In this document: positions 18,637 through 28,366 of the stretch, one piece after another
How positions within the stretch are numbered: position 1 is the first letter of the stretch
How the letters are laid out: each line of letters begins with the position of its first letter
Assembly (NCBI GenBank): GCA_965224085.1
Contig: CBDCYI010000011.1
Span: forward strand, 1,536,001-1,600,000
Reading direction: 5' to 3'
Source: Candidatus Marinacidobacterales bacterium
Lineage (GTDB): Bacteria > Acidobacteriota > Vicinamibacteria > Marinacidobacterales > SMYC01
DNA: 64,000 nt
Position numbers and translations under genes: made by a program
Notes under the pieces: generated by a model
Told to the model about the DNA's origin: nothing
The model's database searches: none
What the model saw: only the letters and a program-made list of their open reading frames with translations

Positions 18637-20437
18637 GTTCCTGTCCAGAAACACCATAACTTGTGGTGTACGAGAGGCCTATCGAAGATGTGGGTATTAT
18701 ACGTTTTCAGTCGGCACCTCGTAGGCTCGGAAGCGAATGAAAATCTTGGACGAAACGAGAGGCGAATCGTCAGCAATCCATGGCTATAAACGCAGTAAGA
18801 GCAATCATTATTATCGTAATAGGTGCCTTGCCATTACCAACAGGTTGCAGGTGATGATGGAACTCCATACGTAGGATTTGAAAGAAGGCAATGAGCGCCA
18901 TGTGCATCGGTCGAGACCAAAGACTCGTTTCAAGAACGAAATGACGCCTTCGATTCCGCAGCGAAATCGCCGTAGGCGTTGATAGACCCAGGAACTCTTG
19001 ACCATATCGGTCACCGCGAAGTGAGCCTTGGTAAAGGCAACATCTTCAACTCCCTTGCCTTTGATGGCTTCCAAGTTTGCCTTTGAAGAAAACGCGCCAT
19101 CGTAGGCAACCTGGCGCGGGGCCCGTTCGTAGAGTTCGACTTGACGGTCGATCATGGTTTCCGCGAGAGTTGAATCGGACGGATTCCCATCCAAGATCAC
19201 GCAATCCAAAATCATCGAGGACGAGCCACCAGTCAAACACACCTTGTGACCGTAGAGAGTCTCGCGCCGGTCTTTGCGAATAATGTCGGTGTGTTCTTCG
19301 AAGATCGAAACGACCTTTTCCTCCGCAGGCACACGCTCTTCATCAATCACTCTACGCCGAGTTTGGTTGATGACTTTTTCGGTGAGGACGAGAAAGTGCT
19401 TAAAATCCGCGGCGATCTTCTCCGCACTCGCTCGCTTCACCGGCTCGGTCAAGCCGGACTCGTCCAACTGGTCTGCAACGCGTTGAGCGGAGCGATAGGT
19501 TTCTTCCGACACCTTCAGTAGATCTCGATAGACGCGACGCCTTTGTTCCTTATCCTTCGCGTTTAGAACTCCCAGTCGACGTCTCTTCGCTCGACGCGTT
19601 CGATTGCCGAAGACCACTACTGTACCCAGCAGTTCGCGAGTTCGGCACATGAGGCGAGTGAGAACTCGGACGCAGTCATAAAGAAGCTCGGAGTCCGTAG
19701 GAGAATGAATATTCGACTCCACTACCGTGCAGTCCACTCGTACTTTTCTTCCTTTTTCGATCGCGGTCTTCTCGGCAACACTCACCAACTCTCGGTTGAT
19801 TTTCTCCAGCGTTTCGAACTTCACGGCTTTGATGTTTGCTGCTAGGGTCGACTTCGACGGGCTCGGCTCTATGATGCCGAGCTGGCAAAACGTCCGATAG
19901 CTTCGAGAGTCTGCCATCGATTTTCTCCAGCGTTTCGAACTTCACGGCTTTGATGTTTGCTGCTAGGGTCGTGACGGGCTCGGCTCTATGATGCCGAGCT
20001 GGCAAAACGTCCGATAGCTTCGAGAGTCTGCCAAGTGAAACGCCAGCTCCCGATAGGTGAACTGATTCAGCTGCTTGACCAACAACGCCCGGAGAACCTG
20101 CTCCGCGCTCATTCCCCCACGACCAACATCGCTCCCTGCCGATGGGGTGACCGACCTCAGGTCTTGCAGTACCAGCTCATTGAGCTTAGGATGGGCATCG
20201 AGCAGCGATGATATCGTTTCGAGCTCGCGTGCGTGCTCCAGCTCCAGCCAGGGCTCGCGAAGGCTTGGTTGTGGGTTGATCGTTTTTCGCATTTAGGGCT
20301 GGTCTCCTTTGGAGTTAAGTCGTTTAGAATCTGCGTTTTTGTCGACTCGATACTAAACGACACTCCCTCAGAAGGCTAGCCCTAAATTTGCGATTACCCC
20401 TTTTTTCTCAACCTCTTACACCTGTCAGGACGGGTAC
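18637..20437 (-). mobile_element. Insertion sequence, ISNCY (ISDol1-like)/IS5-related, with 6-bp target duplication TAACTA
   Basis: Imperfect terminal IRs GTTCCTGTCCAGAAA / GTACCCGTCCTGACA; TAACTA at 18631-18636 and 20438-20443; lower GC. Confidence 0.85.
18811..20292 (-). pseudogene. DDE transposase disrupted by a ~117-bp imperfect internal duplication
   Basis: RVDCTVVESNIH, YGHKV, YDGAF, FRCGIEGVISFLKR; deleting 19917-20033 restores a 454-aa ORF. Confidence 0.85.
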
Positions 20438-20499
20438 TAACTAACCAGCCAGAATCGTGGATTCCGTTCATGTTCTAGAGATCTATCTGAAGCGCCGCT

Positions 20500-21861
20500 T
20501 CAAAACCAGATAAAGCGCGCGAGGAACAAAGCGGCGATCAAATGCGCCGCCCAGTGGAGCTCGCGAGCGCGCCCGCTCATCAGATAGAGCACGGATGTCG
20601 AGATGAATCCGAAGGCGATCCCCTCCGTGATGCTCGTCGTGAGGGGCATCATGATTACCGTCAAAAAGGCCGGAATGGCTTGGTGAGGCTCGCTCCACGC
20701 GATGTCGCCGACGGAGGCCATCATGAAGACGCCGACGAGAATCAATGCAGGTGCAAGCGTGGGGTACAGAGTGACACCGTCCCCCGCATCGACGCCTCCA
20801 CCCACCACGCGCAGCAAGGGATAGAGGAACACCGAAATCGTAAGAAGAAATGCCGTCGCCACCGAAGCGAGCCCAGTGCGGCCGCCGGCGTGAACGCCCG
20901 CGGCGCTTTCGACGTAGCTCGTCACGGTGGAAGTCCCGGCGAGACCGCCGACGACCGAGCCTGCCGCGTCCGCAAGAAAAGCTTCACGAGCTCGAGGAAG
21001 CTGGCCGGCTACGCTCAGCCGGGCGCGCTCGCTCACACCAATGAGCGTGCCCACGGTGTCGAACAGATCGACGAAAAAGATTACGAAGACGACCGCGAAA
21101 ACATCCTGTTGCTGGAAGAGGCCCTTGAAGTCCGCTGCGAAGAGTCCAGCCGTGAGCGAATCCGGAAGCCCCAAAACCCCTTGAAAATCGGCGAGCCCGG
21201 TGATCATGGCCACGATCGTCGACGCCAAGACACTGATGACGATCGCCGCATTGATGCGAAGCACCGTCAAAATAGAAGTCACGGTGACACCGAAAAGGGT
21301 GAGGAGCGCCGCTGGACTTCCGAGATCGCCGAGGCCGATATGGATGACGGGCGCCGCGGTTACGATCCCGCCCCATCTCAGGCCAACGATCGCTATCAAG
21401 AGACCAATCCCCACCGCCATGCTCTTTTTTAAGTGGTCCGGAATGCTCTCGATGAGTCGCGCACGAAGTTTCCAGAAGGAAGCAAGCACAAACAGACCGC
21501 CGGCGAAGACGACTGCCGCGAGGGCCTGTTCCCACCCGTAGCCGTACCCGCCTGCTGCCACGGGCCCGCATATCGTGAAGGCAAAAAAGAAGTTCTGCCC
21601 CATCCCTGGTGCGAGAGCCACGGGATAGTTGGCGTGGACGGCCATCCAGAGAGTCGCAAAAGCCGAAGCAAAGCAAGTCGCGGCGAGTACGGCCCCTTGA
21701 TCCATGCCCGTGAGGCTCAAGATGGCCGGGTTGACGAGCAGGATGTAGCTCATGGCCATGTACGTGGTAAGGCCGGCCAAAAGCTCGGTGCGCACCGAGC
21801 TTCCGCGCTCCTGAATCTCGAAGGTCCTTTGCAGCCAAGGGATTAGGGTTGTTTCCGTCAT
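20500..21861 (-). CDS. NCS2/AzgA-family purine permease
   Basis: ELLAGLTTYMAMSYI, APGMGQNFFF, DLFDTVGTL, YVESAAGV...GGRTGL. Confidence 0.9.
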   Translation of the reverse strand: MTETTLIPWLQRTFEIQERGSSVRTELLAGLTTYMAMSYILLVNPAILSLTGMDQGAVLAATCFASAFATLWMAVHANYPVALAPGMGQNFFFAFTICGPVAAGGYGYGWEQALAAVVFAGGLFVLASFWKLRARLIESIPDHLKKSMAVGIGLLIAIVGLRWGGIVTAAPVIHIGLGDLGSPAALLTLFGVTVTSILTVLRINAAIVISVLASTIVAMITGLADFQGVLGLPDSLTAGLFAADFKGLFQQQDVFAVVFVIFFVDLFDTVGTLIGVSERARLSVAGQLPRAREAFLADAAGSVVGGLAGTSTVTSYVESAAGVHAGGRTGLASVATAFLLTISVFLYPLLRVVGGGVDAGDGVTLYPTLAPALILVGVFMMASVGDIAWSEPHQAIPAFLTVIMMPLTTSITEGIAFGFISTSVLYLMSGRARELHWAAHLIAALFLARFIWF

Positions 21862-21916
21862 TGTGCTAAAATGTTTGCTTCGGCAACGGGGCGACATACC
21901 CTGAGGAGGAACGGCA

Positions 21917-22186
21917 TTGGCTCAAAGTCTTTCGGCGATCAAGCGAGTGCGGCAAAACGAGAAAAGCCGCGTCCGCAACCGCTCTCACCGTACCCGTCTA
22001 CGCACACAAATCAAGAAACTGCGGGAAGCCATCGAGGCCAAGCAGGCAGACGAGGCAAAGAAGTTACTGCCCGGCACGATGTCTCTCGTGGATGTCATGA
22101 TCAAAAAAGGCGTCATTCACGAAAACGCAGGCAACCGCTACAAATCCCGTCTCACCCGCCAGTTCTCAGCCCTCGCTCGGAGCTGA
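21917..22186 (+). CDS. rpsT: 30S ribosomal protein S20
   Basis: SAIKRVRQ...KGVIHENAGNRYKSRL; gaggagg RBS, TGCTAAAAT extended -10 at 21864. Confidence 0.95.
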   Translation: MAQSLSAIKRVRQNEKSRVRNRSHRTRLRTQIKKLREAIEAKQADEAKKLLPGTMSLVDVMIKKGVIHENAGNRYKSRLTRQFSALARS

Positions 22187-23195
22187 CCCTCCGCCCGCCT
22201 CCCGCGCAAAGCGAGATCGCAAGACTCTCCAGAAAGAGCCGCGCCGGAAGGCCACTCGACTTGAGCACCCGATCCGCGTCAGCGAGCGATCGCAACGCTC
22301 TTTCGAGCATCGTGCGGTCGAAGCGCCGCGCCGCCTCCGCGATTCCTTTTGCGGCGAAAGGTGGCACTCCGAGAACTTTCGCGAGGCTGTCCCCACGACG
22401 TGGCGAGCTTTGAAACTCCTTGGCCATCCGGAGCTGCCCCACTAGACGGTCCACGAGCGCCAAGATCCTGAGCGGCGGCTCCCCTTCTTCGAGCAACCGA
22501 CCCAGCTGCCGAAGCGCGTTTTTGGAATCCCCCGCCGCCAGTGCGTCAAGAAAGCGAAAGATGCTTTGCGCTTTGCCGCGCCCGAGCACGGTCGCGATCG
22601 TCTCCAGATCGAGCTTTTCCTCTCCGGCATAGAGCGAGAGCTTTTCGAGCTCGTTCAAAAGGTGTCTCAAATCTCCACCGGACTCGGAGACGAGGTAGCT
22701 CACGGCGTCGTGTCCTAGGCGAAGCTTGCGCTCTCTCGCCTGCTCGCTCACCCAGTCTAAAAGTTCTGCGGTCTTCGGCGTGGCGCAGGCGATGATCGAC
22801 GCTTTCTGTTCGACCTCTTTCCACGCCTTACGTCGTTTATCCGGGGATTTCGAAAGCTCGAGCAGCAGAATCGTCTGGGGGGACGGGTCGTCGAGATAAG
22901 CGCGCAGCTCTTCCGATTTCTCGAGGAGCTTCTGCGCGCGCTTGACGATCACAAGCCGCTGGCCGCCGAGCATGGGCAGCAAGTTAGCCGACATCACCAC
23001 ATGGGCACCGTCGGTCGCCTCACCGTCGAAACGGTCGAGGTTGAATGGCGTCTCCGCCTCCCCGAGAACGTGACGCTTTATCTCGGCAACAGCAAGCTCG
23101 CGAAGGAGGTCTTGCTCGCCCACGACGACGTAGACGGGCAGAAGCTTCCCTTGATCGAGGTGCTCGGCTAGCCGGTAGTATGAGAGCTTCATCAT
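22152..23195 (-). CDS. holA: DNA polymerase III delta subunit
   Basis: PVYVVVGE, NELEKLSLY; position after leuS-lptE. Confidence 0.9.
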   Translation of the reverse strand: MMKLSYYRLAEHLDQGKLLPVYVVVGEQDLLRELAVAEIKRHVLGEAETPFNLDRFDGEATDGAHVVMSANLLPMLGGQRLVIVKRAQKLLEKSEELRAYLDDPSPQTILLLELSKSPDKRRKAWKEVEQKASIIACATPKTAELLDWVSEQARERKLRLGHDAVSYLVSESGGDLRHLLNELEKLSLYAGEEKLDLETIATVLGRGKAQSIFRFLDALAAGDSKNALRQLGRLLEEGEPPLRILALVDRLVGQLRMAKEFQSSPRRGDSLAKVLGVPPFAAKGIAEAARRFDRTMLERALRSLADADRVLKSSGLPARLFLESLAISLCAGGGRRVSSERGLRTGG

Positions 23196-23207
23196 CTCTT
23201 GCTCAGT

Positions 23208-23341
23208 GCGCGCTCTCTCTTTCCCTCGCCCAGAGCGCGCTTGTCGCCTCGCTCTTCGCTCGGCTTACTGCTGTCGGCCCATTCGGGCCGGGCTCGCTCC
23301 GCTCGCAGCAGTGTGAAGATGACTTTTCAGCATCCTGCTAG
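23208..23341. repeat. Palindromic REP/MITE-like element remnant
   Basis: Hairpins GCGCGCTCT/AGAGCGCGC and ACTGCTG-TCGGCCC/GGGCCGG-CAGCAGT; ends in TTTTCAGCATCCTGCTAG. Confidence 0.45.
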
Positions 23342-23348
23342 ACTGCGC

Positions 23349-23885
23349 TCAGAACGCCTCGAGAATGCTGCTCACGAGCGATTTCGCGAACTCCTCGGAC
23401 AGGCGCTGCATCGTCAAGCCTTCTTGGTCGAAGAAGTCTTCTTCGTCCTCTCCGATTTCATAGTCATCCCGAAACTGGAAGCCGCTGCTCTGCCAGATAA
23501 CATTGTCGGCAACGAGATCCTTGAACTCGACTTGGGCGCGGATGACGACCGTATAAGTCGCCGCCTGGCTCGAAGAAATATCCTCGTTTCCGCCTTCGAG
23601 CACCGAGGGCGCCGAGTTGAAGGACACGATGATACCGTTCATCACTGCATCCGCTCCGGCGACCTCCGGTTGGATTTTGTAGCGTCCACGAGCGTTGAAC
23701 TCTTCGACGACCTTCAACGTGACGATCTCTTCGATGGAGATTTGATCGCTCCGGTTCTCGAATGTGGGGATCGCCACCAAGGCGATATAGTCGGGAAGGA
23801 AATTCCCCTTTCCCGCCAGGCTATAGCCGCAACCGCTCATCGTGATCAAAAGAGCGTTCAATATCGCCATCCGAAACGCTCTCAT
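23349..23885 (-). CDS. lptE: LPS assembly lipoprotein LptE family
   Basis: Lipobox MSGCGY, IPTFEN; leuS-lptE-holA order. Confidence 0.82.
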   Translation of the reverse strand: MRAFRMAILNALLITMSGCGYSLAGKGNFLPDYIALVAIPTFENRSDQISIEEIVTLKVVEEFNARGRYKIQPEVAGADAVMNGIIVSFNSAPSVLEGGNEDISSSQAATYTVVIRAQVEFKDLVADNVIWQSSGFQFRDDYEIGEDEEDFFDQEGLTMQRLSEEFAKSLVSSILEAF

Positions 23886-23889
23886 ATCA

Positions 23890-26409
23890 TCACTCCTGTG
23901 TTAACTCGGCGGCACGAGGCACGACGACAACGTTAACGAGACGATTCGGCACGATGACCACTCGTTTGACTTCCATCCCGTTCACAAGCCCTTGGATCTT
24001 TTCGTCCTCGAGAGCGAGCCGCCTGACCTCGTCTTCTTCATGATTGGCGGAAAGCGTCAGCCGGCTGCGCACTTTGCCGTTGACTTGGACGACGAGCGTG
24101 ATGGTCTCCTCGGCGGCGACGTCTCGATCATAGACCGGCCAGGTCGCCGACATGAGGCCTTTTCGGTTTCCGAGGATCTGCCATATCTCTTCCGCCACAT
24201 GGGGCGCAAAGGGGTTCAAGAGAAGAATCACGGTCTCTGTCGCTTCGCGGATCACTTTCCAGCTGTCCGAGCGATGGGGGTGCGGCTCGATCGACTTGTA
24301 GAGCTGGTTCACGAGCTCCATGATCGCCGCAATGGCGGTATTCAAGTGAAGCCGCTCTTCGATGTCGCGCGTCACCCGCATGATGGTCTGGTGCGTTTTG
24401 CGGCGAAGAGCCATCTCGCGCTCGTTCCACTCTTCGTTTCCTTCTATCGGCGACGCCGAGCTCAGCGCGTCTTTCTCGTTCTCGACGAAACGCCACACCC
24501 TTTGGAGAAATCGTGAGGGTCCCTCCAGGCGCTGATCGGTCCAGTTGACTTCTTTTTCCGGAGGCGCCTCGAAGAGCATATAGAGCCTCACCGCGTCGGC
24601 CCCGTATTTGTCGATGAACGTGTTCGGGTCGACGACGTTGCCTTTGTTCTTCGACATCTTCGCGCCGTCTTTGATAACCATGCCTTGTGAGAGTTGGGTC
24701 ACGACCGGCTCGTCGATCTCGACCAGGTCGAGGTCGCGCATCATCTTCGTCCAGAAACGGCAATAAATTAGGTGCAGGATCGCGTGCTCGATGCCTCCGA
24801 TATAGAGATCGATGGGAAACCAATAGGCCACGGCTTCGGGGTGGAACGGCATGTCTTCGTTCTTCGGATCGACATAGCGATAAAAGTACCACGACGAGTC
24901 CACGAAAGTATCCATCGTGTCAGTCTCACGCCGCGCTACACCGCCACATTCGGGACAGCTCGTGTTCACGAAATCTTCGTTCTCGGCGAGGGCCGATCCC
25001 CCCTTGCCCGTGATCTTGACGTCGCGCGGGAGCACAATCGGGAGATCGGCTTCCGGAACCGGCACCACGCCGCAATGACTGCAATAGATCATTGGAATCG
25101 GAGTCCCCCAGTAGCGTTGGCGGGAGATACCCCAATCACGAATTTTGTACCTGATGGCCGCTTTGCCGAAGCCGGTTTTTTCCGCATGCGTCGTCATCGC
25201 CGTGATGGCTTCTTCGGAAGGCAGTCCGGTGAACTCGCCCGAGTCCACGACGGTTCCGTAATCTGAGAAGGCCGTCTCGAAAGCGTCGGTGTCGACCTCG
25301 TCACCTGCACGGGGCTCACGTGGCGCCGATTGGATTACGGGACGGATCATCAGCCCGTACTTCTTCGCAAAAGCGAAATCGCGTTCATCATGTGCTGGCA
25401 CCGCCATGACCGCACCGGTGCCGTAGTCCATTAGCACGTAATCCGCGACCCAGATTGGGACTGCCTCGCCGTTGAACGGATTGACGGCGTCGTGCCCGGT
25501 GGCCACGCCAGTCTTCTCTCGGTCTTCGGCCAAGCGGGTTTCTTTATCCTCGGACTTGGCTTTCTCGACGTAACTCGAGACTTCTGGATTCGTGGCGGCG
25601 AATCGCCCCGCTAGAGGATGCTCGGGTGCCAGCACGACGAAGGTCGCGCCATAGATGGTGTCCACGCGTGTCGTAAAGACCCGGATAGGCTCCGAGCCAT
25701 CCGGAGGCGCGAAGTTGATCTCGGCCCCTTCGGAGCGACCGATCCAGTTTTTCTGGAGTGCGAGCACCTTGCCCGGCCAGCGATCCATGGACTCCATCGC
25801 GGTCAGAAGCTCGTCGGCGTAGACGGTGATCTTCAAGAACCACTGCTCGAGCTCTTTTTGTACGACTTCAGCGTCGCAGCGCCAGCATCGCCCATCGATG
25901 ACCTGCTCGTTCGCGAGAACGGTCTTATCGACTGGACACCAGTTCACCGACGCCATCTTCCGATAGGCCAAGCCCTTCTTCCACATCTGGATGAAGAACC
26001 ACTGATTGAAGCGGTAGTACTGAGGATCACAGGTTGCAAACTCACGCGACCAAGCGTATGAAAAACCCATCCGCTTCAGCTGGGTCGTCATGAGCTCGAT
26101 ATTTCTGAGCGTCCACTCCTCGGGATGTTTCTCGTTTTTGAGAGCCGCGTTCTCCGCGGGGAGCCCGAGCGCGTCCCAACCGATGGGGTGCAGCACATTG
26201 AACCCGCGCATCCGCTTGAACCGCGCGACCGCATCTCCAATCGAATAGTTGCGCACATGCCCCATGTGGATGTTCCCCGAAGGATAGGGGAGCATCTCCA
26301 AAACATAATACTTGGGGCGCTTCGGGTCCTCGCTAACCTCGAAAACCTTACTATCGAGCCACTTTGTCTGCCATTTCCGCTCGATACCCTCGAAATCGTA
26401 AGTCGTCAT
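23890..26409 (-). CDS. leuS: Leucine--tRNA ligase
   Basis: MLPYPSG-HMGH, DWGISRQRYWG, KMSKNK. Confidence 0.98.
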   Translation of the reverse strand: MTTYDFEGIERKWQTKWLDSKVFEVSEDPKRPKYYVLEMLPYPSGNIHMGHVRNYSIGDAVARFKRMRGFNVLHPIGWDALGLPAENAALKNEKHPEEWTLRNIELMTTQLKRMGFSYAWSREFATCDPQYYRFNQWFFIQMWKKGLAYRKMASVNWCPVDKTVLANEQVIDGRCWRCDAEVVQKELEQWFLKITVYADELLTAMESMDRWPGKVLALQKNWIGRSEGAEINFAPPDGSEPIRVFTTRVDTIYGATFVVLAPEHPLAGRFAATNPEVSSYVEKAKSEDKETRLAEDREKTGVATGHDAVNPFNGEAVPIWVADYVLMDYGTGAVMAVPAHDERDFAFAKKYGLMIRPVIQSAPREPRAGDEVDTDAFETAFSDYGTVVDSGEFTGLPSEEAITAMTTHAEKTGFGKAAIRYKIRDWGISRQRYWGTPIPMIYCSHCGVVPVPEADLPIVLPRDVKITGKGGSALAENEDFVNTSCPECGGVARRETDTMDTFVDSSWYFYRYVDPKNEDMPFHPEAVAYWFPIDLYIGGIEHAILHLIYCRFWTKMMRDLDLVEIDEPVVTQLSQGMVIKDGAKMSKNKGNVVDPNTFIDKYGADAVRLYMLFEAPPEKEVNWTDQRLEGPSRFLQRVWRFVENEKDALSSASPIEGNEEWNEREMALRRKTHQTIMRVTRDIEERLHLNTAIAAIMELVNQLYKSIEPHPHRSDSWKVIREATETVILLLNPFAPHVAEEIWQILGNRKGLMSATWPVYDRDVAAEETITLVVQVNGKVRSRLTLSANHEEDEVRRLALEDEKIQGLVNGMEVKRVVIVPNRLVNVVVVPRAAELTQE

Positions 26410-26790
26410 CCTCTCCTCAAGAGCGATCTCAAACCCTGAATGTACAAACGACGCTCATGTTAGCACAGCGTCAACCTGCCTCTCTAAGCCGCGCCAAAAG
26501 CGTGGCGCAATCAGGCGAGCCTGCCCGCCGAAGCGCTGGCGATGGCAGGTGTCCTCCCTGAAGGACTCATTCCGCCGTGAAACGTCTCAGTTGGGAGACA
26601 TCCGAGAACGCCCGCTCGACGCATCCCAACCTTATCTCCCAATAATGCTTACCCTTATACGCACCCAAAAGATTGGCATCCGTCCTGCTAGAACAAGTCG
26701 TAGATCGAGGCTCGGGCCCAGACTTCATCGCTGGCGCATTCTTACCGGGGTCCGGGTCCTCGGTGAAGTCATCAAAGCGGACGGAGGTAC

Positions 26791-27109
26791 TCGTGGGTTC
26801 TAGGACGATCGGCGAACAGCGTCCATCTCTAGCACCATCGAGTGAAAACCAAAGTCTCCTCCGAGCTGAGAACGAGCTTTCAGTGAAGGTCGCGCTCGGA
26901 GTTTCCGACACACTTGCCTGCATCACGCCGAGAACGATTCTCTGGCAAGATTCGGCAGGCGTGAGGAAACGCCGGCCCGACGAGGATGGGGCGATAGAAT
27001 CATCGATGGCATCGGAGTCGGGCTTTCTAGCTTTGGCTTAGGCGGCGGCGAGTGTAGCCAAGGTGTTGGAACGCTTGCCCGATGGCACCGAGAGATCTCT
27101 GGCCCACGA
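26791..27109 (+). ncRNA. Candidate large structured RNA of unknown class
   Basis: Nine mutually compatible nested helices including 5'/3' closure; G-U wobbles favour + strand; terminator immediately downstream. Confidence 0.55.
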
Positions 27110-27113
27110 AGGG

Positions 27114-27145
27114 AAGGGCGGTGGCCTTCGGGCCATCGCCTTTCT
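27114..27145 (+). terminator. Intrinsic terminator with UUCG loop (may also serve the convergent TPR gene)
   Basis: AAGGGCGGTGGCC-TTCG-GGCCATCGCCTTTCT. Confidence 0.75.
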
Positions 27146-27154
27146 ACTTCGTCA

Positions 27155-28306
27155 TCACGCTCCCTCCAAGCTCTCGATCGCATCGCGGATCACTTGAGCC
27201 TGCTGGTCGTCCATTGGAAGCTCTAGCGTTTGCTTGAGTACCGCGACCGCTTCATCCGGCCGCTCGAGCCGCTCGAGAAGCGCTGCAAGGTTCAAGAAAG
27301 CAGGAAGAGAGCTGGGGCTATTGCGGATGGCCGCCCGATAGGCGCTCTCGGCACCCGCATCGTCCTCGAGAGCTTCCGAGACCACCGCGAGCGAGAACGA
27401 CGCGCCTTCGAAATCCGGGTCGCGCTCGAGAAGCTCCAGGAGAGCCCCGCGCGCTCCGCTGTGATCCTCCGAGCTATGAAGAGCAATCGCGAGGTTGAAG
27501 GCCGCACCGTCATGCGGCTCGTCCCGTTCGACGAGCGGACGCAGAAGCGTAATCGCCTCGACAACGCGCCGTTCGGCCAACCTCACGGCCCCCAAATTGA
27601 ATGCGGCGTCCTCGTCCGACGGCCGCTGTTCGTAGGCCTGCTCGAACGCCGTAGCGGCCTCTGCTAGGTCGCCGAGACGGTACGAAAGGCCACCGAGTGC
27701 TAGCAGAATCTCGAAATTGTCGTGCGTGCCATGCGACGCGTGGCGCAAGTTCTCCCGCGCGAGCTCCGCCTCGCCGATTTTCTCGAGCCACTCCGCAAGC
27801 GCCAGGTTGGCTGCCAGGTGATCGCGATCGATCTCGAGAACGGTCCCGAAATGCTTCGCGGCCGCTTCCTCGTCACCCTCCTCCTTGACGATCAAGCCCA
27901 TCACATAGTGCGCATCCACGAGCGCTTCGTCGCGCTCGAGCGCATTTTCGATACGCAGGCGGGCGGTCTCGAAGTTCCCCATCCGGAGGTAGGCGACGGC
28001 GGCCTGAACGAGCACTGTTGGCTCCTTGACGCGCGTCTCTCGCCGCAAACCCATCATACCGAGAGTCGATTCGAGCTCGCGCGCCGCTTCCTTCGGGCGC
28101 TCGACTTTGAGGTAAGCAAGCGCAAGGTGATAGCGATAGTCGGGAACGTCGCGGTCGAGCGCGGCGGCCTGGGAAAGAAGCTCGACCGCCTGGTCGTAAT
28201 CGCCGGCGTTGTAACGTTCGACGCCCTCCGCGTAGAGCTCACCCGCACGATCTTCTTGTACGCCGCTCAGCGCGAGAGCGAACAAGAGGAAGAGGCTCAA
28301 GGACAT
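27155..28306 (-). CDS. Secreted tetratricopeptide repeat protein
   Basis: Signal peptide; repeated YHLALAY, AAFNLG, AFLNLA TPR patterns. Confidence 0.85.
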   Translation of the reverse strand: MSLSLFLLFALALSGVQEDRAGELYAEGVERYNAGDYDQAVELLSQAAALDRDVPDYRYHLALAYLKVERPKEAARELESTLGMMGLRRETRVKEPTVLVQAAVAYLRMGNFETARLRIENALERDEALVDAHYVMGLIVKEEGDEEAAAKHFGTVLEIDRDHLAANLALAEWLEKIGEAELARENLRHASHGTHDNFEILLALGGLSYRLGDLAEAATAFEQAYEQRPSDEDAAFNLGAVRLAERRVVEAITLLRPLVERDEPHDGAAFNLAIALHSSEDHSGARGALLELLERDPDFEGASFSLAVVSEALEDDAGAESAYRAAIRNSPSSLPAFLNLAALLERLERPDEAVAVLKQTLELPMDDQQAQVIRDAIESLEGA

Positions 28307-28366
28307 GTTTTCAATATAGCGTGAACCAGCATTCAGGATTCAGGTTCCAGGATGACATCGCGCCGT

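Noticed and set aside
26960-27063. tmRNA (FLALA* ending in a hairpin) or RNase P (GAGGAAAC..., GGCTTA) identity for the structured region
   Set aside because: No tRNA-like acceptor or T arm (no TTCGA, no CCA end); no GAGGAAAGTCC or ACAGAA...CGGCTTA with correct spacing
26410-27154. T-box leader for leuS
   Set aside because: No GGTGGnACC motif on the minus strand; wobble pairs favour the plus strand; leuS has its own nearby TGCTAACAT -10-like motif
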